Notes under the pieces: model-generated | What the model was told of the DNA's origin: nothing | The model's input: only the letters and a program-made list of their open reading frames with translations | Database searches by the model: none | Shown: positions 57,706 through 64,000 of the stretch, one piece after another | How positions within the stretch are numbered: the stretch's first letter is position 1 | Layout: each line of letters opens with the position of its first letter | Translations under genes and position numbers: made by a program | NCBI GenBank assembly: GCA_903907955.1 | Contig: CAIVPZ010000016.1 | Span: forward strand, 123,917-187,916 | Source of the DNA: an uncultured Acetobacteraceae bacterium | GTDB lineage: Bacteria > Pseudomonadota > Alphaproteobacteria > Acetobacterales > Acetobacteraceae | Length of the DNA: 64,000 nt | Reading direction: 5' to 3'

Positions 57706-58097
57706 CCGAAGACGATCCGGCCAGTGTGCCGGCCGAGGATGCCGAAGCGCGTGCGGTGGATCTGCAGCGCCGTCTGACGGAGCTGGAAACGCAGAGCCGG
57801 CAACGCCTGATCAGGGCGGAGTTGAAGGCCGAGGCGGTGCGCGCCGGGATGGTGGACCTTGACGGTCTGAAACTGGTGGATCCAGGCACGCTCAGCATCG
57901 ATGAGGTGGGCGAGGTGCAGGGGGCGGCAACGCTGATGCAGTCGCTGCGGCGTGCGAAGCCGTGGCTGTTCGGCGGTGCGAGCACTTCCAGCGCGGCGAC
58001 GCCGCCGCCTGCGCAGGTGCTGCGCACCCGGCGGGCGACCGAAATGACGGCTGAGGAATGGCTCGCCGCGCGCGCCGATCTGCTGCGCCGGCGCTGA
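57702..58097 (+). CDS. putative phage scaffolding/head-assembly protein (coiled coil, GP20-like)
   Basis: 131 aa. The ATG overlaps the portal stop (ATGA). Acidic N-terminus, coiled-coil RRLTELETQSRQRLIRAELKAEAVRAGMVDLDGLKLVD, basic C-terminus. Sits between portal and capsid. Confidence 0.45.
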   Translation: MTEDDPASVPAEDAEARAVDLQRRLTELETQSRQRLIRAELKAEAVRAGMVDLDGLKLVDPGTLSIDEVGEVQGAATLMQSLRRAKPWLFGGASTSSAATPPPAQVLRTRRATEMTAEEWLAARADLLRRR

Positions 58098-58204
58098 GGA
58101 TTCCCGGCGCTGCGCCGCCCTGGCGCTGAGGACTTCCGACAGACTGACCGGCCGGACCCCCGCGGCGATGGGCGCGCGGGATTGCACAACCACGAGAGTA
58201 GAGC

Positions 58205-59527
58205 ATGGGCATCCAGAATTTTCCCGCCGCGCTGCAGCCGATCATCCAGCAGGGCTTTCTCGAGCGTGAGTTCGAGGAAGCGCTGCACAGCCGGCTGGGC
58301 TATCGGGCGGTGGCCGACCGCGAGGAGTTTTCGGTGGGCATCGGCGAGACGCTGACCAAGACGCGCGCCGGACTGAAGCCGAGCGTGACGGTGCCGATCC
58401 TGCCTTCGACCAACACCAACCTGGACAACGGACTGACGCCGCAGAACTTCACCGTCGAACAATACACCATCACGATCAACCATTACGCGGCCACTACCGA
58501 CCTGAACATGGTGACCAGCCGCGTGGGCATCGCCAGTCAGTTCCTGCTGAATGCGGCGATCAACGGCGAGCAGGCCGCGCGCAGCCTGGACGAGATCGCG
58601 CGGAATGCACTGTTCGCCGCGTATTTCGGCGGCAACACGCGGGTTCGCTCGACGCTGGCATCGCCCGGCCCGACCGTGGCGGTGGACGACATCCGCGGCT
58701 TCCAGACGGCCTTCGTCAACGGTGTGCAGACGCCGGTTGGCGGAGCGGCGTCGCTGACCGTGACGGTCGGATCGAATGCCTACACTCTGGTCGGGGCGAG
58801 CGCCGACGGGGTGAATGCATCGACCACGCCGGGCGGCATTTCCGGCACGCTGACCTTCTCCGGGTCGGTGTCGGCGGCTGATGCGACCGCGCTCAATACG
58901 GTGACGGCGGCGACCGCAAGCGCGGTGGTGCGGCCGAACGGGCGCGGCAACACCGCTGCGCTGCAGAGCGGCGATACGCTCACCATGGGGTCGCTGCTGA
59001 ACGCGGTGGCGCTGTTGCGGTTGAACGCGGTGCCGGAGATCGACGGCGTGTTCAACTGCTACCTCGATCCGGTCTCGGCGCGGCAGTTGTTCGCCGACAA
59101 CGACTTCCGGCAGTTGTTCACCGGCGCCACTTCGGCCAACCAGGTGTTCCGCAAGGGGATGGTCAACGACTTCCTCGGGCTGCGCTTCATCCCGACGACC
59201 GAGGCCTATGTGCAGTCGCATCCGACGATCACCGGCGGGGTGGTGCGCCGGCCGATCGTGTGTGGCAAGGGGGCGCTGATCGAGGGCGACTATGCCGGGA
59301 TGGCGGCGGCGGATGTGGCGCCGAAGGACAGCATCATCTCGGTGGTGGACGGGGTGGCGATGGTGACGCGCGAGCCGGTCGACCGGCTCCAGCAGATCAT
59401 CGCGCAGTCCTGGTACTGGATCGGCGGGTTCTGCACCCCGTCGGATACTACGACATCGCCGACCACGATTCCGACCGCAACCAATGCCACCTTCAAGCGG
59501 GCGGTGATGATCGAGCATATCGGCTGA
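58205..59527 (+). CDS. phage major capsid protein
   Basis: 440 aa directly after the scaffold-like gene. Beta-rich with a Gly/Thr/Ala-rich surface region. NCYLDPVSARQLFADNDFRQLF is a typical capsid assembly motif region. No prohead protease gene in the module. Confidence 0.6.
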   Translation: MGIQNFPAALQPIIQQGFLEREFEEALHSRLGYRAVADREEFSVGIGETLTKTRAGLKPSVTVPILPSTNTNLDNGLTPQNFTVEQYTITINHYAATTDLNMVTSRVGIASQFLLNAAINGEQAARSLDEIARNALFAAYFGGNTRVRSTLASPGPTVAVDDIRGFQTAFVNGVQTPVGGAASLTVTVGSNAYTLVGASADGVNASTTPGGISGTLTFSGSVSAADATALNTVTAATASAVVRPNGRGNTAALQSGDTLTMGSLLNAVALLRLNAVPEIDGVFNCYLDPVSARQLFADNDFRQLFTGATSANQVFRKGMVNDFLGLRFIPTTEAYVQSHPTITGGVVRRPIVCGKGALIEGDYAGMAAADVAPKDSIISVVDGVAMVTREPVDRLQQIIAQSWYWIGGFCTPSDTTTSPTTIPTATNATFKRAVMIEHIG

Positions 59528-59656
59528 CGACGGGCGATCAACAGGCGCGCGTCAGCGCGATTCATCAGACGCAAGCGCAGCGCGATGGCGGACGGGGCAG
59601 GCAGCGCTGTCCGCCGTCGTGCTGGCATGCGGTATTCGTGCGGCGGGAGCGACGAC

Positions 59657-60031
59657 ATGGCGTTCAGCGAGGCCGAGAAGACAGATATCCGCCGCTTCTG
59701 CGGCTATCCGGCGCACGGGGTGGGCGGACTGCTGCAGGGGTGGCGATTCTACCAGGTTTACGGGCTGCTGGAATACCGTCTGCTGTACCTGAGCGGCGCG
59801 GAGGAGGCGGTGGCGCGGCAGTACCTCACCACGCTGTCGGCGCTCGAGCGGGCGGTGGTTGAGGCGAGCGGCAACCTTGATACCGATCAGGCGGCGACCT
59901 GGACGCACAACCGCGATGAAGTGCGCGACCGGGTTCGCCTGTTCGACGACTGGCGGCGGCGGCTGGCCGGCTTCATGGGCGTGCCGGCCGGACCAGCGCT
60001 CGGCAATGGCGGCATTGCGCTGGTGGTATGA
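59657..60031 (+). CDS. hypothetical phage protein (head completion or neck candidate)
   Basis: Start MAFSEAEKTDIRRFCGYPAH. 124 aa. Position between capsid and sheath. Internal ATG of track ORF 59585..60031. Confidence 0.35.
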   Translation: MAFSEAEKTDIRRFCGYPAHGVGGLLQGWRFYQVYGLLEYRLLYLSGAEEAVARQYLTTLSALERAVVEASGNLDTDQAATWTHNRDEVRDRVRLFDDWRRRLAGFMGVPAGPALGNGGIALVV

Positions 60032-60678
60032 TGAGCGAGCGGTGGCTTAGCGAGAAGGTATGGCGCGGCCTGGGAAGGGCGGCGCGTGTGATCGGCCAGA
60101 AGACGGATGCGTATCGGCCGAGCGATATCGCCGATCCGTTGTTGCCGGCGAACCGTTACCTGCAGTTGCCGGCTTCGTTCAGCCGGCCACGCATAGGGGC
60201 CGCGCGCGCCGGCGGCGGCGGCGAGGCCTTCTGGGAGGGGGTGTTTGACGCCGCCTATACGCGGCCGGGCGACTACCTGGTGCGGGCGGATGGCGGCATC
60301 TGGTTCATTGCGGTGCAATCGCCGATGCAGGTGCCCCTGTGCGTGCAGGCGCTCCGGCGGTTAAGCTTCGCGCGCCCATCCGGTCCGGTGAGCGCCGGGG
60401 CGAATTCGTATGGCGGTGTGGCGCGCGGCACCGCCTCCGCCGTGTTGACCAACTGGCCGGCGGCGATGGCGACACCCGCGGCGAGGGGGCAGATCGAACT
60501 GGCGACCGCAACAACGCTGCCGCAGGCGGTATGGTCGGTGCTGCTGCCGCCGCTGGAATGGCTCGCCCTGTTGCCTGGCGATACGATGACCGACGATTTG
60601 GGGCGCGCCGGCGTGGTTGATGTTGCCGAATACACCGAACGGGGCTGGCGGCTGGTGGTGCGGCAGTCGGCGTCCTGA
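60028..60678 (+). CDS. hypothetical phage protein (neck or tail-completion candidate)
   Basis: 216 aa. Start overlaps the previous stop (ATGA). High GC3. Confidence 0.35.
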   Translation: MMSERWLSEKVWRGLGRAARVIGQKTDAYRPSDIADPLLPANRYLQLPASFSRPRIGAARAGGGGEAFWEGVFDAAYTRPGDYLVRADGGIWFIAVQSPMQVPLCVQALRRLSFARPSGPVSAGANSYGGVARGTASAVLTNWPAAMATPAARGQIELATATTLPQAVWSVLLPPLEWLALLPGDTMTDDLGRAGVVDVAEYTERGWRLVVRQSAS

Positions 60679-60797
60679 GGCGTGCGGCACCGGAGCGCGT
60701 TGCGTTGCGGTGCGGTTGCCGGCTGCGCAGGCCAGCACCGCCAGGACGGGCCGACGCGTTGCACGGCCGACGAAAGTTCCAGCAAGGGAGAGCAAAG

Positions 60798-61007
60798 ATG
60801 CCAGGGTATGTCCTTTGGCTCGACAGCACGACGACGCCGCCAACGGCGACGATCGCGCAGATCCCCGATCCGTTGCCTGGCAGCAACATGCCGATCGGTG
60901 CCTGCCGCGCGACGCAGCCGACAGCGAATGCGCGCTGCATCGGCACCCTCGGCACGAACACAAACGATACCAACCTGCCGCTGCACCGCTGGACGCCCGT
61001 GCTGTGA
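60798..61007 (+). CDS. small hypothetical phage protein (69 aa)
   Basis: MPGYVLWLDSTTTPPTATIAQIPDPLPGS.... RBS gggagag 6 nt upstream. In frame within track ORF 60705..61007. Confidence 0.3.
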   Translation: MPGYVLWLDSTTTPPTATIAQIPDPLPGSNMPIGACRATQPTANARCIGTLGTNTNDTNLPLHRWTPVL

Positions 61008-61077
61008 CGCCTGCCATCGACGGTCATCGCCGCTGAGGCTTGCGCGCTGAGGCACACACCACGGAGATCCCGAGAAG

Positions 61078-61908
61078 ATGGCCGACCAGTCCGATGTCGC
61101 GACCGCCCTGGTCTCGGCGATCACCACGATCCTGTACCCCAACGGGGCGGCGTCCGTCGGTCTGCTCGCGCAGACCGTGAAAATATATCGCGGTTGGCCG
61201 AACACGGCGTCGCTGCGGACGGACCTGGCGGCGAATTCGCTGAATGTCACTGTGTTCCCGATAGCGGACACCGCGCGCAACACGACCCGCTGGGCGGATG
61301 GCCTGGTGCCGACAAGCAGCGTGACGCCGCCGCTGACGGTGAGCGTAAGCGGCACGAGCGCGATCTTCGGCGGGTCGGCGGATGCGGGACAACTCGCCGG
61401 GCTGCTGGTGGATTCGATGGCGGTCGTGCATCGGACGGTGGCGGCCGATACACCGGAACTGGTGGCGGCGACGCTCGGGCAGTTGATTCGTACGAAGCGC
61501 ATTGCATTGGTGAGTGGCGCGACGGTGACGGTGCCTGGCGCGGGGCTGCTGCTGGGCCGGGTGGTGGCGGATCAGCCGGTGCTGCGTTGGACACGGAGCC
61601 AACAGCAGCAGTTCCGGATCAGTTGCTGGTGCCCGGACCCGGCTTCGCGCGACAGCGTTGCCTCGGTGATCGACACCGCGCTGTCGCCGCACAGCTTCCT
61701 CGCGTTTAACGACGGCAGCACGGGGCGTTTGCGCTACGTGGGGACGACGGAATTCGACCAGAGCCAGGATGCGGCCCTGTACCGGCGCGACCTGGTCTAT
61801 TCGGTGGACTACCTGACGATAGTTTCCGACGTGCTGCCATCGATGATCTTCGGTGACACGACGCTCGCGCCGCTCGGTTCGGGCAATGTGAAAACCCTGC
61901 TCAGTTGA
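61078..61908 (+). CDS. hypothetical phage structural protein (tail-completion or sheath-initiator candidate)
   Basis: 276 aa, immediately upstream of the sheath gene. No motif recognised. Confidence 0.35.
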   Translation: MADQSDVATALVSAITTILYPNGAASVGLLAQTVKIYRGWPNTASLRTDLAANSLNVTVFPIADTARNTTRWADGLVPTSSVTPPLTVSVSGTSAIFGGSADAGQLAGLLVDSMAVVHRTVAADTPELVAATLGQLIRTKRIALVSGATVTVPGAGLLLGRVVADQPVLRWTRSQQQQFRISCWCPDPASRDSVASVIDTALSPHSFLAFNDGSTGRLRYVGTTEFDQSQDAALYRRDLVYSVDYLTIVSDVLPSMIFGDTTLAPLGSGNVKTLLS

Positions 61909-61921
61909 ACGGGAGTTTGCA

Positions 61922-62083
61922 ATGACCATCCAACTCGTCGTGGTGCGTCCTTTCGGGACGTACGCAAAGGGCGACGCGATCGGGGATGCTGCCTCGATCG
62001 CAACGATATTGGCATCCGAGCAGGCGACCAGCGTGGTGCGGGTTCAGCTGCCGGCGCCGAGCCAGCCGAAGCAGGGAGGCTAA
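61922..62083 (+). CDS. small hypothetical phage protein (53 aa); not in the supplied ORF track
   Basis: MTIQLVVVRPFGTYAKGDAIGDAASIATILASEQATSVVRVQLPAPSQPKQGG. RBS gggag 5 nt upstream. Stop 3 nt before the sheath ATG. Fills the gap between 61908 and 62087 exactly. Confidence 0.4.
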   Translation: MTIQLVVVRPFGTYAKGDAIGDAASIATILASEQATSVVRVQLPAPSQPKQGG

Positions 62084-62086
62084 GGG

Positions 62087-63685
62087 ATGCCGATTGTTCA
62101 ACAGGGTAGCGTCAATACCACCGCGCTGGTGGTGCCCGATCTGTATGTGCAGATCGTTCCGCCGCAGAACCTTGTGCTCAACGGTGTGCCGACCAACGTG
62201 GTGGGCATGGTGGGCACGGCGAGCTGGGGACCGGTGGGGCAGCCGGTGATCGTGGCTACCATGGCCGACTATGCGTACACGTTCGGGCCGATCGTGGCGC
62301 GGCTGCAAGACATGGGTACGCAGGTGGCGACCGCGGTGCAGCAGGGGGCGGCCAACTTCCGCTGCGTGCGGGTGACCGACGGCACGGATATGGCGGCACA
62401 GTTCCTGCTGCCAAACACCAACTTCGTGTTCACGGCGCTGTACACGGGGAGTTTGGGTAGCCAGATATCGGTGACGATGACCACGGGATCGCAGGCCGGG
62501 ACGTGGCGGCTGACCGTATCGCTGCCTGGCGGGGCGATCGAGGTGTTCGACAACATTGGCAGCAGCACGATCGGTGACAGCGAAACCGCCATCTGGCAGA
62601 GTTTCTGGCAGAACCTGGCGGCGGCGGTGAACAACGGGCAGGGGCCGCAGCGCGGGCCGAGCCAGATCGTGGTGGCGAATGCCGCCGGCAGCACGGCGGT
62701 GCTGACGCAGGGATTCAGCTACACCTTCGCGACCGGCCCGGCCGGCAGCGACGGCGCCAATGTGACCGCGGGCAACCTGGTGGGCGTGGATCAGGTGCCG
62801 CGGCGCGGTATGTATGCCCTGCGCGGGCAGGGCTGCAGCATTGCCGCGCTGGCCGATGCCACCGATCCCTCGCAGTGGACCACCCAGGCGGCGTTCGGAC
62901 TGTCCGAGGGGATCTACATGATCCTGGCCGGGCCGAGCGGCGATACCATCACCAACGCGATCGCGGCGAAACATGCTGCCGGGCTCGATACCTATGCCTG
63001 CAAGCTGATGTTTGGCGACTGGCTGTGGTGGAACGACCAGGTGAACGGCACGTTGCGGCTGGTTTCGCCGCAGGGTTTCGTGGCGGGGCGGCTGGCCAAC
63101 CTGTCGCCCGAGCAGTCGAGCCTGAACAAGCCGCTCTACAGCGTGGTGGGCAGTCAGAAATCCGGCGCGCCGGGGTCTGGGCAGGCGAGCGCCTACAGCA
63201 GCGCCGAGTTGCAGACGCTGTTCCAGGCCGGCATCGACGTGATTTCCAACCCGCAGCCCGGCGGATACTATTGGGGCGTCCGGTGCGGCCACAACAGTGC
63301 GTCCGGCGCGGCCACCAGCGGCGACAACTACACGCGGCTGACCAACTACATCGCCGCCACGCTGGCGGCCGGGATGGGGCAGTATGTGGGGCAGGTGGTG
63401 AACGCCACGTTGTTCCAGCGCATCCGCGCGACGCAGCTGAGCTTCCTGCAGGGGATGCTGTCGCAGGGGATGCTCGGCAGCACCGACGGCAGCCTGCCGT
63501 TCAGCGTGATCTGCAATGCCAGCAACAACCCGCTGTCGCGGACCTCGCTCGGCTATGTGCAGTCCGATGCGCAGGTGCAGTACCAGGCAATCAACGAGAA
63601 GTTCATCGTCAACATCGAAGGCGGCCAGACCGTTGCGGTTACGCAGCGGACGCTGGGGAATGCGTCCGGCGCGCGCGCGGCGTAA
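62087..63685 (+). CDS. phage tail sheath protein (contractile tail)
   Basis: N-terminal LVVPDLYVQIVPPQNLVLNGVPTNVVGMVGTASWGPVGQPVIV matches the sheath pattern (PGVY..E....G.ts.agfvG....GP). C-terminal GYYWGVRCGHNS and RLTNYIAATLA resemble the sheath C-terminal domain. 532 aa. Confidence 0.7.
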   Translation: MPIVQQGSVNTTALVVPDLYVQIVPPQNLVLNGVPTNVVGMVGTASWGPVGQPVIVATMADYAYTFGPIVARLQDMGTQVATAVQQGAANFRCVRVTDGTDMAAQFLLPNTNFVFTALYTGSLGSQISVTMTTGSQAGTWRLTVSLPGGAIEVFDNIGSSTIGDSETAIWQSFWQNLAAAVNNGQGPQRGPSQIVVANAAGSTAVLTQGFSYTFATGPAGSDGANVTAGNLVGVDQVPRRGMYALRGQGCSIAALADATDPSQWTTQAAFGLSEGIYMILAGPSGDTITNAIAAKHAAGLDTYACKLMFGDWLWWNDQVNGTLRLVSPQGFVAGRLANLSPEQSSLNKPLYSVVGSQKSGAPGSGQASAYSSAELQTLFQAGIDVISNPQPGGYYWGVRCGHNSASGAATSGDNYTRLTNYIAATLAAGMGQYVGQVVNATLFQRIRATQLSFLQGMLSQGMLGSTDGSLPFSVICNASNNPLSRTSLGYVQSDAQVQYQAINEKFIVNIEGGQTVAVTQRTLGNASGARAA

Positions 63686-63694
63686 CAGGAGGAC

Positions 63695-64000
63695 ATGGTG
63701 ACGAGCACGAACTTTTCGGTCGGTCGCGACTGCCAGCTGGTGGTGTTGGGGCCGTATGGTCGGATCGACCTGACCTATGTGACGGCGTTCGAGAGCCGGC
63801 AACTGACTGCGCCGGTGCGCGTTGATTGCATTGACGGCACGCAAATGGCGGCCGAGTTGCCCAAGGGGTGGGAAGGCCATTTTGAGCTGGAGCGCGGATC
63901 GCCGGCGGCGGACGATTTTATTGCCCAGACCGAGGCTGCGTTCTTTGCCGGCCGGGCGGTGCCGGCGGGCAAGCTGTACCAGTATGTGAGCGAAAGGGAC
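63695..64000 (+). CDS. phage tail tube protein (5' part; continues beyond the window end)
   Basis: ATG at 63695 with RBS aggagga. MVTSTNFSVGRDCQLVVLGPYGRIDLTYVTAFESRQL. Small beta-rich protein directly after the sheath, as in Mu/P2-type tails. Confidence 0.5.
   Translation, partial: MVTSTNFSVGRDCQLVVLGPYGRIDLTYVTAFESRQLTAPVRVDCIDGTQMAAELPKGWEGHFELERGSPAADDFIAQTEAAFFAGRAVPAGKLYQYVSERD

Noticed and set aside
54945-59527. Canonical RcGTA-type gene transfer agent
   Set aside because: RcGTA-type clusters are siphovirus-like and carry a prohead protease between portal and capsid. This cluster has a sheath and no protease, so if it is GTA-like it is not of the RcGTA lineage.
52154-64000. Mu-like transposable prophage
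   Set aside because: The repressor-at-one-end layout and the sheath-tube tail are reminiscent of Mu, but there is no MuA/MuB transposase pair (about 660 and 310 aa) between the repressor and the head genes, and the head module is scaffold-type rather than Mu gpI protease-type.
1-64000. CRISPR array or cas genes
   Set aside because: No array of regularly spaced identical repeats and no Cas-like ORF was seen. The only short repeats are the REP-like hairpins and the TTGACTTGC run.

Overview
High-GC (~70%) chromosomal segment that looks alphaproteobacterial; most ORFs in the six-frame track are antisense shadow frames, so every CDS call below rests on one frame giving a recognisable protein family. 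Some track ORFs use GTG or TTG starts. In order: the 5' part of a flagellar hook gene flgE (minus; the gene continues past the window start), divergent from fliK-flgD. Then a MarR-regulated aromatic-catabolism-like operon (FAD monooxygenase, DUF2783, PHB-depolymerase-family esterase), then bcp, glnE, an AsmA/YhdP-like envelope protein, and a HAD dehalogenase with an SGNH-like hypothetical. Then tyrS and anmK, an Fe-S module iscR-nifS-iscS-fdx with no scaffold genes, mnmA, tRNA-Met(CAT), and an amidase. Then an esterase, a metallophosphoesterase, a photolyase and a SAM methyltransferase, followed by a membrane protein, an orphan pdeM and an ABC-F ATPase. Then ndk, purN-purM, a pgsA-like gene, an AI-2E transporter, hdaA, ppk and ppx, then rnd, corA, aspS and an eipB-like gene. 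The last housekeeping-side gene is an orphan RTX-like beta-helical protein. From about 52.1 kb to the window end there is a phage-like cluster: an XRE-type switch region, a candidate RlpA-like lytic transglycosylase with a lipoprotein, then terminase large subunit, portal, scaffold, major capsid, five small neck-like ORFs, tail sheath and tail tube. No replication or integration genes lie between the switch and the head genes, and no small terminase or prohead protease is seen. The two readings are a PBSX-like or GTA-like particle element, or the structural arm of a defective prophage; this is the strongest candidate for something undescribed. A ~45-bp double-hairpin REP-like repeat sits at four intergenic sites with a degenerate fifth, and at one site it extends the anmK reading frame. 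Other noncoding features are a run of TTGACTTGC direct repeats upstream of aspS, an operator-like palindrome in the XRE divergent region, and a 775-bp gene-free AT-richer tract upstream of iscR.
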